From IMG/VR virus record IMGVR_UViG_2734482770_000005, positions 1 to 24,191 of that record: 24,191 bases of DNA. One strand, given 5' to 3'. Source of the stretch: a virus (Duplodnaviria; Heunggongvirae; Uroviricota; Caudoviricetes). Within the stretch, counting starts at the first letter, position 1, and each line of letters opens with the position of its first letter. Under the pieces are notes generated by a model. It was not told where the DNA came from. It saw nothing but the letters and a program-made list of their open reading frames with translations, and ran no database searches. The position numbers and the translations under genes were made by a program. This document shows positions 16,279 through 24,191 of this stretch, piece by piece.

Positions 16279-16310
16279 AGCCATGCACCTTATCGATGCA
16301 TGGCTTTTTT
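16279..16310 (+). terminator. Rho-independent terminator (+ strand orientation) before the psu 3' end
   Basis: Perfect 9-bp stem agccatgca / tgcatggct with 9-nt loop, followed by a run of five T (16306-16310). Confidence 0.55.
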
Positions 16311-16340
16311 CAGTAAAAACGGGCGGATTTTCGGGGAATT

Positions 16341-16913
16341 TTACACAGACTGACGTGATGCCAGTTGCGCACTTTTACGCGAAAAAATCATGTTCTGCGC
16401 AGGGGTGAATTTTTCACGGCTGTCATCCACCGAAGCCGCGTCAGGCCTGAATCCGATGGTCGTTAAAATGTCGCTATCCTGTGCGGAATAATTAATTTTT
16501 TCCCCCTTCGCAAGCCAGGACAGAAGGGCTTCACGCAGGGCATCTGTGGCACGCTGTATGGCACAGTTTCGGGCAATGGCCGTCAGCTCACTGTAGCCCA
16601 TCAGCTCCGGTGCCAGTGCGGCCGCCAGTACTGTGCCGTGCTGCTGCATAAAATCATTCAGCCGGTCGCGGATGCTGATGTGCTGAACGGCTTCATGCGA
16701 ACGAATATAACGACCGGCGGCCTGATTCACCTGCCATTTTCTGACTTCGATAATATTGCGTAATTCGTCCAGGCGGCTGACGTTTCTGCCTTCTCCTGAC
16801 AGAAGCCGCAGATATTCCTGTTCGGCCGCTGCCAGCTCATTTTTGCGTTGCAGCCATGCTGCTTTGTTATTCTGACAGGTGTCAAAGGCCTGCTGTAAGG
16901 CTGTGCTTTCCAT
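16341..16913 (-). CDS. psu: P4 Psu (polarity suppression / capsid decoration protein), 190 aa
   Basis: 190 aa, the P4 Psu length; the sequence MESTALQQAFDTCQNNKAAWLQRKNELAAAEQEY... matches P4 Psu as I recall it; position immediately 5' of delta and sid on the same strand. Confidence 0.8.
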   Translation of the reverse strand: MESTALQQAFDTCQNNKAAWLQRKNELAAAEQEYLRLLSGEGRNVSRLDELRNIIEVRKWQVNQAAGRYIRSHEAVQHISIRDRLNDFMQQHGTVLAAALAPELMGYSELTAIARNCAIQRATDALREALLSWLAKGEKINYSAQDSDILTTIGFRPDAASVDDSREKFTPAQNMIFSRKSAQLASRQSV

Positions 16914-16986
16914 CGTTATCTCTTTCTCATCATGCTGAAGAATAAAAATACGGTGTGCGGCGACGGCCGGTGTTAACCGGCAGCCC

Positions 16987-17487
16987 TCATTCCAGACGCA
17001 GCGAATATGATTGTGTTTTTAAGCGTACTGGCGGCAGTTCCTGTTTTTCATGCAGGCTTTCTGCCAGTTCGTCCGGCGTGACCGGGCGGACAATGAAGCG
17101 GTTGATGGTCTGAAGCGTTTTAAACACCAGACCACAGCCCGGATCCGTGCACACATAAAAACGCTCGGTGACTTCCTGAGACAGACGCCGCGATGTTCTT
17201 GACAGTGCAAGGCCTTTACATCTCCGACAACAATATCCGGTAACAAGCATTCTTTTCGGGCGTTTCATACTGCCGGAGGCTGACGTCAGTGAATCGCGGT
17301 ATCTCTGTTTGCCTGAAATGTATTCCATTCCTGAATCTTTACAGTCAGAGAAAAAGCTTTCACTCGCTTCAAATGTCGCAGAGCAATAAATATTCCGGCA
17401 CTGTGCAATCATTATCTTGGTGCCATCGTCCATGAAATGTGCGCGACGGGTGTGAGCAACATGTCCACACGACGGGCAGTAAATCAT
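16987..17487 (-). CDS. delta: P4 Delta late-gene activator (Ogr/Delta zinc-finger family), 166 aa
   Basis: Two Cys-rich Ogr-like modules (CPSCGHVAH...CRNIYC and CCRRCKG...CTDPGC); 166 aa as in P4 Delta; overlaps the sid stop by 4 nt. Confidence 0.85.
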   Translation of the reverse strand: MIYCPSCGHVAHTRRAHFMDDGTKIMIAQCRNIYCSATFEASESFFSDCKDSGMEYISGKQRYRDSLTSASGSMKRPKRMLVTGYCCRRCKGLALSRTSRRLSQEVTERFYVCTDPGCGLVFKTLQTINRFIVRPVTPDELAESLHEKQELPPVRLKTQSYSLRLE

Positions 17488-18218
17488 GACAGCAGTCCTC
17501 TGGCCTTAAGCTCTGCTCCCTGCTGGTCTATTTTGTCCTGCCACACCTTGCGCTGTGCCGGTGTGCCTGCCACCTCATAATCCATGTGCGGGAGTGTTGC
17601 CGCTGACAGTCCGGTCAGCCGGAGAACCGGCTCGCCGGTGAGGCTGATTTGCATCTGTTTTATTTTCTGTTCCAGCGATGATTTCACCTGCTGCATGACA
17701 GCTTTATCGGGTGCGACGTAGCCCTGATGGCCGGTGGTGTTGGCGAGCGGATTTTCCTGTACCAGGATGCTCAGATGCATTGCCCGGACAAGCGCCTCAC
17801 AGGTTTCATTCAGGGCGTGTTCCAGCTCATTCTCTGCATACAGACTCAGAAGGTGATGATGTGCCTTCCGGTAGGCGGTGGCCGTGCTGTCACACGCCCC
17901 TTTCAGGCGTTCACGTTCAAAATTCAGCACCACGGCCAGATTGTCATATTCCTGTACCAGCTCCCGGCGTGCCACGCGCTCAATGTGGCGCTGTTTCAGC
18001 TCGTCGCTCAGGACACCACCGGCTGCACGAAAGGCCGTGCGCCAGTCGTCAGCGTCGTTTCCGTCGGCCTGCGCCAGCGCATTTTTTTCCTGCTCTGCCC
18101 GTTCAATGGCCGTGACGGTCTCATCCATCAGGCGGGCGTTCTCAAGATGGGCGGCTCTGGCCTTTTCCAGTTGTGCCAGCGCGGGTTGCAGATATTCAGG
18201 GATGGTGTTGTCAGACAT
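17484..18218 (-). CDS. sid: P4 Sid (capsid size determination external scaffold), 244 aa from MSDNTIPEY
   Basis: The track ORF 17484-18284 extends upstream of the likely start; the ATG at 18218 is preceded by aggagccggaaa and gives 244 aa (the P4 Sid length as I recall it). The protein is largely helical and coiled-coil-like. Confidence 0.8.
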   Translation of the reverse strand: MSDNTIPEYLQPALAQLEKARAAHLENARLMDETVTAIERAEQEKNALAQADGNDADDWRTAFRAAGGVLSDELKQRHIERVARRELVQEYDNLAVVLNFERERLKGACDSTATAYRKAHHHLLSLYAENELEHALNETCEALVRAMHLSILVQENPLANTTGHQGYVAPDKAVMQQVKSSLEQKIKQMQISLTGEPVLRLTGLSAATLPHMDYEVAGTPAQRKVWQDKIDQQGAELKARGLLS

Positions 18219-18290
18219 TTTCCGGCTCCTCGTCACTTCAGGTTGAGAAAATTGTGACGTACACCGGACAACAACACGACGCATTGCAGA

Positions 18291-18308
18291 TGTGCCAGCC
18301 CTGACACA
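18291..18308 (-). promoter_or_regulatory. candidate Delta/Ogr-responsive late promoter element (Psid) with dyad symmetry
   Basis: TGTGCCAG CC CTGACACA is an imperfect dyad of the TGT-N-ACA type about 75-90 bp upstream of the sid start, where P2/P4 late promoters carry their activator-binding dyad. Confidence 0.35.
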
Positions 18309-18387
18309 GGAGACTCATCCTCAGACCGGCAAGCCAGGAAAAGGTCGCAGGAAAAAACGGCTTACTGTTTGTTTTTTTATATTTTAC

Positions 18388-18491
18388 TGTTCACCTCTGT
18401 TCACCATAAGAAAAAAGATAAGTAATACAGTAAGTTAAAGGGTGAACAATCGCAGTAATGACTGTTCACCGTCTGTTCACCACTGTTCACC
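18388..18491. repeat. cluster of TGTTCACC octamer iterons (5 direct, 1 inverted), candidate alpha-binding replication element (ori-like)
   Basis: tgttcacc at 18388, 18398, 18463, 18474 and 18484; ggtgaaca (inverted) at 18441. The same octamer recurs in the crr-like repeats at 23219-23525. Confidence 0.6.
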
Positions 18492-18769
18492 CGTTGATGG
18501 GCTTTTTATGCTGTTTATTACTGTTTATTTTTATTAATTCACTGAAATAAATAAGAAAAAACAATTTGCATTTCACTATAAAAAATTCCAGGTCCTTCAG
18601 AACCCTTTGAGACCCTTCCAGTCCAGATGGATAAAAAACACACAGCCATTGTAAGGCTGCCGGAACAAATCCCCCCTGTTGCGTCTGCCAAAAATATTCA
18701 CAAAATAAAGCGCTACCCGAAGCCGGACGGACTTATCCGGTGCTGTATGGACATTAACGAGGTAGCCCG

Positions 18770-19036
18770 ATGCAAGCTGTTTTTTCTTCCCCGTCTCCTG
18801 CCCCTGTGACGCCACTGATGCCGCTGCCGGACATCACGCAGGAGCGTTTTTTACGTCTGCCGGAAGTGATGCACCTGTGCGGCCTGTCACGCTCGACCAT
18901 CTATGAACTCATCCGTAAGGGGGAATTTCCGCCGCAGGTGAGCCTTGGCGGTAAAAATGTGGCCTGGCTGCACTCTGAAGTCACTGCATGGATGGCCGGG
19001 CGCATTGCCGGACGCAAACGGGGGTACGACGCATGA
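18770..19036 (+). CDS. AlpA/Vis-family small transcriptional regulator (88 aa; alternative start at 18815, MPLPDITQ...)
   Basis: Typical AlpA-family sequence: [47 protein letters not shown]. Confidence 0.75.
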   Translation: MQAVFSSPSPAPVTPLMPLPDITQERFLRLPEVMHLCGLSRSTIYELIRKGEFPPQVSLGGKNVAWLHSEVTAWMAGRIAGRKRGYDA

Positions 19037-19130
19037 TGATGCCCGCTCTGCAAAAAGTCCCTTTTTCTGGCTTGCCTTTTTCCGGCATTTGCGGATATAG
19101 TTTTTCCGCTGCCGCAAAATCGGCAGCCGG

Positions 19131-19422
19131 GCGTGAGAACCCGGGCAATCTAACGGCGACATATGACGCGCCATGCGTCTTTTTTTGTGTCGCAATCAAC
19201 GCCACAGAGCGCCAGATTATGGTGTGGTGTGTGGTCAGTCGTGCAGATGGCACTCCGTGCATCCTGCCCGCGTCCGCTCATTATGCCGCAGAGTCAATGG
19301 TAGCTCAGGCGGGGCAGCCTCCGGGCTGGCCGGTATCCGTTAGAGCCGGTATTCTCACCCCCGTCTGGGCTATCGCCATCGAGCGTGAGAACTCCGGCGA
19401 TAGCGTAACCTGCTATCTAACG
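19131..19422 (+). ncRNA. putative P4-type immunity-RNA region (seqA / seqB / seqC-like arrangement)
   Basis: Direct repeats gcgtgagaacccgggcaatctaacgg (19131-19156) and gcgtgagaactccggcga...ctatctaacgg (19383-19422) flank ccgttagagccgg (19337-19349), which is complementary to the ccggc...tctaacgg part of both repeats. No well-supported protein ORF covers the interval. Confidence 0.3.
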
Positions 19423-19435
19423 GAGGCTGCCATCA

Positions 19436-19632
19436 TGGCTACAACCCTTACCCCCTCACACCCTGAATTTGTCTTTGTGTTTGCCGCTGTCCGTCGCGCA
19501 GACCGCCATCCCCGTATCTGTATGCTTCGCACCGTCGCCGGTGATGAACGCAGCGCCCGCCGTTCCCTTGTCCGTGACTATGTGCTCTCCCTTGCTGCCC
19601 GTCTGCCGGTTGTGGAGGTGTCCCGTGCGTAA
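19436..19632 (+). CDS. hypothetical small protein (65 aa) in the P4 left-operon region
   Basis: ATG at 19436 preceded by ggagg; in frame with track ORF 18988-19632, whose upstream part looks like a GC-rich spurious extension. Confidence 0.3.
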
Positions 19633-19912
19633 TAAAAAAGCCCCTCAGACCGTCTCAGCGCGTCATGACGCCCGTGAACACCTCAGCATTGAGGCTTACC
19701 ATAAGCTCAACCGCGCCAGCGCCGTATCCCAGTTTGTTGGGGGTGATTTGATTCACCGTGAACTCTCCGGCCTGCATCAGCTCTACATTCCGCATATTTT
19801 CAGTTACCTGAATGAAGATATTGATTTTGTGCTGAATGAACTGAAAGCCAAAGGCCTGTGCCGCGATTTTCTCGCCCAGCAGAAAGACCGGGGAGACAGG
19901 ACGCATGTTTGA
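19626..19912 (+). CDS. hypothetical small protein (95 aa, GTG start), possibly epsilon-like
   Basis: ggaggtg ribosome-binding site 5 nt before GTG at 19626; in frame with the 3' part of track ORF 19469-19912. Confidence 0.4.
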
Positions 19913-20360
19913 TTTTCCCCAGCCCGGTGAGATTTACCGTTCTGCCGGTTTTCCCGATGTGGCCGTGGTCGGCATTCTGGAAGACGGTATTCCGTGGGAA
20001 ATGCCGTACCGCTGCCCGGAAATTGTCTGGAACCCGTACCGCCGTAAATTCAGTATCCTTGTGCGTATCCTCGCCGACGGGCGCACCACAGACATCCCGC
20101 TGGGGCGTTTTCTGCGGGAATTTACCTGTGACCGTCCTGACCTGTTCAAACGCAGCCCCGTAAACCGGCATGCGGTACTGAAAGAAATGGCCGGAGACCC
20201 GGAATTACAGAAATGGCGGGAGAAATATCTGGATATTTACCCGCAGGACCCTGTTCCGGTCAGCCGGGCGGCACCGGTGGCGCGGGAATGGCGGGAAATT
20301 CCCCGCACGGAGCCTGACCCGGAAATCACCCCGGATAACAGTTACCGCAATTATCTGTAA
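19905..20360 (+). CDS. hypothetical P4-family protein (151 aa, same size as P4 orf151)
   Basis: Coherent ORF with start overlapping the previous stop; lies between the regulator region and alpha as in P4. Confidence 0.55.
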   Translation: MFDFPQPGEIYRSAGFPDVAVVGILEDGIPWEMPYRCPEIVWNPYRRKFSILVRILADGRTTDIPLGRFLREFTCDRPDLFKRSPVNRHAVLKEMAGDPELQKWREKYLDIYPQDPVPVSRAAPVAREWREIPRTEPDPEITPDNSYRNYL

Positions 20361-20495
20361 TTAAAAAACGACACCCGAAAAATTAAATGTGCGTATTCGC
20401 GCAGGGATACGCACGTCTTCAGGAGACGCAGATATGCCTTATCAGTTAATGCAACCGGCACGGAATGCAGTCATCTGTCACAGGGAGGAAAGCAA

Positions 20496-20816
20496 ATGAA
20501 AACACCCTTACCGCCCGTCTTACGCGCTGCCCTTTACCGTCGCGCTGTCGCCTGTGCCTGGCTGACCGTGTGCGAACGTCAGCACCGCTATCCGCATCTC
20601 ACCCTTGAGTCACTGGAGGCGGCCATCGCCGCTGAGCTGGAGGGCTTTTATCTGCGCCAGCACGGTGAGGAAAAAGGGCGTCAGATAGCCTGTGCCCTGC
20701 TGGAAGATTTAATGGAATCCGGCCCCCTGAAGGCCGCGCCGTCGCTGTCCTTTCTCGGGCTGGTTGTGATGGATGAACTCTGTGCCCGTCACATAAAAGC
20801 GCCGGTACTGCACTGA
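20496..20816 (+). CDS. hypothetical P4-family protein (106 aa) immediately upstream of alpha
   Basis: Ribosome-binding site gggagg 7 nt before ATG; ends 15 nt before the alpha start. Confidence 0.55.
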
Positions 20817-20830
20817 AGGAGAACAACACC

Positions 20831-23164
20831 ATGAAAATGAACGTAACCGCCACCGTCAGCCATGCGCTCGGCCACTGGCCGCGTATTCTCCCGGCGCTGG
20901 GGATTCCGGTGCTGAAAAACCGTCATCAGCCCTGTCCGGTCTGTGGCGGGAGTGACCGCTTCCGTTTTGATGACAGGGAGGGGCGCGGCACCTGGTACTG
21001 CAATCAGTGTGGTGCCGGTGACGGCCTGAAACTGGTTGAAAAGGTGTTTGGTGTTTCCCCGTCCGATGCGGCCGCAAAGGTGGCTGCCGTGACCGGCAGC
21101 CTGCCACAGGCTGACCCGGCAGTGACGGCCGCCGCCGGTGCTGAAACAGACGCTGCCCGGAAGAACGCCGCCGCACTGGCACAAACCCTGATGGCAAAAA
21201 CCCGTCCCGGAACCGGTAACGCCTACCTGACCCGCAAGGGCTTTCCCGGCCGGGAATGCCGGATGCTGACCGGCACACACAGAGCCGGTGGCGTGAGCTG
21301 GCGTGCCGGTGACCTTGTGGTGCCACTGTATGACGACAGCGGCGAACTGGTTAACCTTCAGTTAATCAGTGCTGACGGCCGTAAGCGCACCCTGAAAGGC
21401 GGACAGGTCAGGGGCACCTGTCACACCCTTGAAGGACAGAATCAGGCCGGAAAACGTCTGTGGATAGCGGAGGGATACGCGACCGCACTTACCGTGCATC
21501 ACCTGACCGGTGAAACGGTGATGGTGGCGCTTTCTTCCGTGAACCTCCTTTCTCTGGCCAGCCTTGCCCGGCAGAAGCATCCGGCCTGTCAGATTGTCCT
21601 TGCCGCAGACCGTGACCTCAGCGGTGACGGCCAGAAAAAAGCCGCCGCAGCCGCAGATGCGTGTGAGGGCGTTGTTGCCCTGCCGCCGGTCTTCGGTGAC
21701 TGGAATGATGCCTTCACGCAGTACGGCGGGGAGGCCACCCGTAAGGCCATTTACGATGCCATCCGGCCACCGGCTGAAAGCCCGTTCGACACCATGAGCG
21801 AAGCAGAGTTTTCCGCCATGAGTACCAGCGAAAAGGCCATGCGTATCTATGAGCATTACGGCGAGGCGCTCGCGGTCGATGCCAACGGCCAGCTTCTGTC
21901 CCGTTATGAAAATGGTGTCTGGAAGGTGCTGCCGCCACAGGACTTTGCCCGGGATGTGGCCGGGCTGTTTCAGCGTCTGCGCGCGCCGTTCTCCTCCGGG
22001 AAGGTGGCCTCCGTGGTGGACACCCTGAAGCTGATTATTCCGCAGCAGGAAGCCCCCTCCCGCCGCCTGATTGGCTTTCGTAACGGCGTGCTCGACACGC
22101 AGAACGGTACGTTCCACCCACACAGTCCGTCACACTGGATGCGCACCCTGTGCGATGTGGATTTCACCCCGCCGGTGGACGGTGAAACGCTGGAAACCCA
22201 CGCCCCCGCGTTCTGGCGCTGGCTTGACCGTGCCGCCGGTGGCCGTGCGGAAAAACGCGACGTGATTCTGGCCGCACTGTTTATGGTGCTGGCAAACCGC
22301 TACGACTGGCAGCTCTTTCTGGAGGTGACCGGTCCCGGCGGCAGCGGCAAAAGTATCATGGCCGAAATAGCCACCCTGCTGGCCGGGGAGGATAACGCCA
22401 CGTCGGCCACCATTGAGACGCTGGAATCCCCGCGTGAACGTGCCGCGTTAACTGGCTTCTCACTGATACGCCTGCCGGACCAGGAAAAATGGAGCGGCGA
22501 CGGTGCCGGACTCAAGGCCATCACCGGCGGCGATGCGGTGTCCGTGGACCCGAAATACCGGGATGCGTACTCCACGCATATCCCGGCGGTGATTCTGGCC
22601 GTGAACAATAACCCGATGCGCTTCACCGACCGCAGCGGCGGCGTGTCACGCCGGCGGGTGATTATTCACTTCCCGGAACAGATAGCCCCGCAGGAGCGCG
22701 ACCCGCAGCTTAAGGACAAAATCACCCGCGAGCTGGCGGTCATCGTGCGTCACCTGATGCAGAAGTTCAGCGACCCGATGCTCGCCCGGTCACTGCTTCA
22801 GTCCCAGCAGAACTCAGACGAGGCGCTGAACATCAAACGGGATGCCGACCCGACGTTTGATTTTATCGGCTATCTGGAAACCCTGCCGCAGACCAGCGGC
22901 ATGTATATGGGGAACGCCAGTATCATCCCGCGTAATTACCGTAAATACCTCTATCACGCCTATCTGGCCTACATGGAGGCAAACGGCTACCGGAACGTAC
23001 TCAGTCTGAAAATGTTCGGGCTGGGGCTACCGGTGATGCTGAAGGAATACGGACTGAATTACGAGAAGCGCCATACCAAACAGGGGATACAGACCAACCT
23101 GACGCTGAAAGAGGAAAGCTACGGCGACTGGCTGCCAAAATGTGACGACCCTGCAACAACCTGA
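20831..23164 (+). CDS. alpha: P4 alpha-type primase-helicase replication protein (777 aa)
   Basis: N-terminal zinc-binding CPVCGG...YCNQCG; central primase region; Walker A P-loop TGPGGSGKS; 777 aa as in P4 alpha; ggaga ribosome-binding site upstream. Confidence 0.9.
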   Translation: MKMNVTATVSHALGHWPRILPALGIPVLKNRHQPCPVCGGSDRFRFDDREGRGTWYCNQCGAGDGLKLVEKVFGVSPSDAAAKVAAVTGSLPQADPAVTAAAGAETDAARKNAAALAQTLMAKTRPGTGNAYLTRKGFPGRECRMLTGTHRAGGVSWRAGDLVVPLYDDSGELVNLQLISADGRKRTLKGGQVRGTCHTLEGQNQAGKRLWIAEGYATALTVHHLTGETVMVALSSVNLLSLASLARQKHPACQIVLAADRDLSGDGQKKAAAAADACEGVVALPPVFGDWNDAFTQYGGEATRKAIYDAIRPPAESPFDTMSEAEFSAMSTSEKAMRIYEHYGEALAVDANGQLLSRYENGVWKVLPPQDFARDVAGLFQRLRAPFSSGKVASVVDTLKLIIPQQEAPSRRLIGFRNGVLDTQNGTFHPHSPSHWMRTLCDVDFTPPVDGETLETHAPAFWRWLDRAAGGRAEKRDVILAALFMVLANRYDWQLFLEVTGPGGSGKSIMAEIATLLAGEDNATSATIETLESPRERAALTGFSLIRLPDQEKWSGDGAGLKAITGGDAVSVDPKYRDAYSTHIPAVILAVNNNPMRFTDRSGGVSRRRVIIHFPEQIAPQERDPQLKDKITRELAVIVRHLMQKFSDPMLARSLLQSQQNSDEALNIKRDADPTFDFIGYLETLPQTSGMYMGNASIIPRNYRKYLYHAYLAYMEANGYRNVLSLKMFGLGLPVMLKEYGLNYEKRHTKQGIQTNLTLKEESYGDWLPKCDDPATT

Positions 23165-23180
23165 CCCTCATAACTCATCT

Positions 23181-23204
23181 GACCGGCATCTGCCGGTCTT
23201 TTTT
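23181..23204 (+). terminator. Rho-independent terminator of the alpha operon
   Basis: gaccggca tc tgccggtc inverted repeat followed by tttttt (23199-23204), 17 nt after the alpha stop. Confidence 0.65.
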
Positions 23205-23218
23205 CATCCCTGAATCCC

Positions 23219-23525
23219 CCGAAGGTGAACAATCCACTGTTCACCCTTCACCGTATATTCACCCGTTATCACACTGAAATTAAAAGAGAAAAACGAAAGG
23301 TGAACAGTGTGAACAATCAAATCAAAAAAAACTTTTTTCTTCCTGAGTGATTTCAGTGCGGAGGATTAATCACCGGTATGAGTCACACCGGCAGAATGCC
23401 GGAGGTGAAGAATCGAATGTTCACCCTTCACCCATTATTCACCACCTATCACACTGAAAGAAAAGGAGAAAATCAAAGGGTGAACAGTGTGAACAGTTCT
23501 TTCGAAAAAAAACTTTTTTCTTATT
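23219..23525. repeat. crr: crr-like replication element: two about 125 bp direct repeats, each with TGTTCACC/GGTGAACA octamers
   Basis: Repeat 1 about 23219-23343 and repeat 2 about 23399-23524 (offset about 180 bp) share aggtgaa..atgttcacccttcacc..attcacc..tatcacactgaaa..ggtgaacagtgtgaaca..aaaaaaacttttttctt. Two about 120 bp direct repeats with iterons is the described P4 crr organisation. Confidence 0.65.
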
Positions 23526-23638
23526 TTTAATTGTGCGAAAAACAAGCGATGCGCGCAGTGTGTATAGATATGTGTATAGTTATATTTTTTGAATATAATA
23601 ATCTATTATAAATCAATGTCTTAACTTTTAATATTCAT

Positions 23639-23655
23639 TCCTATTATCGCACCAT
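23639..23655. repeat. candidate attR core of the P4-like element (direct repeat of 12315-12332)
   Basis: tcctattatcgcaccat; see the attL entry. Lies between crr and the chromosomal LysR gene. Confidence 0.4.
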
Positions 23656-23780
23656 TTAAATCAATAAGTTACCCCATATTTAAATACACCACGTTTCCTC
23701 CTGTGCCGTATTTGTGCCATTGTAACCCTGGCAATTCATCAAAATACTGTTCTGACATCAGGCAATGCAGGTGCAGACAT

Positions 23781-24191
23781 TTAAGCCAATTGCTGCCGCC
23801 ATTCCTTGACGTGGTCAATCAGGGCGCGGAGCTTTGGTGCAATATTGCGACGCTGTGGGAAATACAGATAGAAGCCTGGAAATTGTGGAAGAAAGTCATC
23901 AAGCAGCGATACAAGCTTACCGCTTTCAATATATGGCCTGAAAGTTTCCTGAGTGGCAATTGTTATTCCTTCACCGACAAGAGCCAGCTGCAACATCAGA
24001 CGCAGATCATTAGTCGTAATCTGCGGTTCAATCGCAAGGTCGAAAGTTCTCCCGTTTTCTTCAAATGGCCAGCGATAAGGCGCAACCTCCGGGGACTGAC
24101 GCCAGCCGATACACTTATGGGTATTTCCCCCGGAGGCGAGAAAGCGCTCTCCACGCCCGGCCGCAAGGATCAGGACGACGGGGGCAGGCAT
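23781..24191 (-). CDS. LysR-family transcriptional regulator, C-terminal substrate-binding part (gene continues beyond the window end)
   Basis: Translation reads like a LysR effector-binding domain (LILAAGRGERFLA..., LRLMLQLALVGEGITIATQETFRPYIESGKLVSLLDDF). Higher GC and no mobile-element features, so probably host flank. Confidence 0.6.
   Translation of the reverse strand: MPAPVVLILAAGRGERFLASGGNTHKCIGWRQSPEVAPYRWPFEENGRTFDLAIEPQITTNDLRLMLQLALVGEGITIATQETFRPYIESGKLVSLLDDFLPQFPGFYLYFPQRRNIAPKLRALIDHVKEWRQQLA

Noticed and set aside
17711-18257. Three + strand ORFs (134, 176, 122 aa) inside sid
   Set aside because: All antisense to sid in a high-GC region, with Arg/Ala/Pro-rich translations and no ribosome-binding site; high GC suppresses stop codons and produces such artefacts.
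18627-18809. 60 aa + strand ORF upstream of and overlapping the AlpA/Vis-like gene, and the 72 aa minus-strand ORF at 18597-18815
   Set aside because: They overlap each other and the promoter/leader of the regulator gene, with no ribosome-binding sites; the region is more plausibly the promoter/operator of the left operon.
18887-20171. Minus-strand ORFs (102, 93, 83, 123, 71 aa) between the regulator gene and orf151
   Set aside because: Overlap better-supported + strand genes of the P4 left operon, lack ribosome-binding sites and have biased composition; not reported as genes.
20599-22626. Several - strand ORFs (84 to 253 aa) overlapping orf106 and alpha
   Set aside because: Antisense to the strongly supported alpha primase-helicase gene; translations are Arg/Gly/Pro-rich low complexity; considered GC-driven artefacts.
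23219-23525. Possibility that the repeated 125 bp units are a CRISPR array
   Set aside because: Only two copies, units far longer than CRISPR repeats, no repeat-spacer periodicity and internal TGTTCACC iterons; fits the P4 crr replication element instead.

Overview
The window holds two adjacent integrated mobile elements and a short chromosomal flank. (A) Positions 1 to about 12,300 are an AT-rich element of unclear type. It has a small serine recombinase (719-1276, -) near one end and a tyrosine integrase (10893-12257, -) at the other. Between them is a + strand run of small hypothetical genes with good ribosome-binding sites (RHH-like and winged-helix-like DNA binders at 3146-3938) and a structural-looking block (127 aa, 343 aa, a 613 aa coiled-coil/Gly-rich protein, 225 aa). 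(B) Positions about 12,315 to 23,655 are a P4-family satellite prophage: P4-type integrase, a cargo cassette, a cos-like site, psu-delta-sid on the minus strand, a TGTTCACC iteron cluster, an AlpA/Vis-like regulator, a putative immunity-RNA region, orf151- and orf106-sized ORFs, the 777 aa alpha primase-helicase, and a crr-like pair of about 125 bp direct repeats. An imperfect 17-18 bp direct repeat sits at both ends (candidate attL/attR). The cargo between int and cos, the known P4 defence hotspot, is a low-GC two-gene cassette: a 542 aa reverse transcriptase with clear RT motifs and a helical C-terminal extension, translationally coupled to a 246 aa soluble partner. This is the strongest candidate for an undescribed RT-based anti-phage system. 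(C) Positions 23781-24191 are the C-terminal part of a LysR-family regulator. All calls come from reading the sequence and the supplied ORF translations; no homology search was run.
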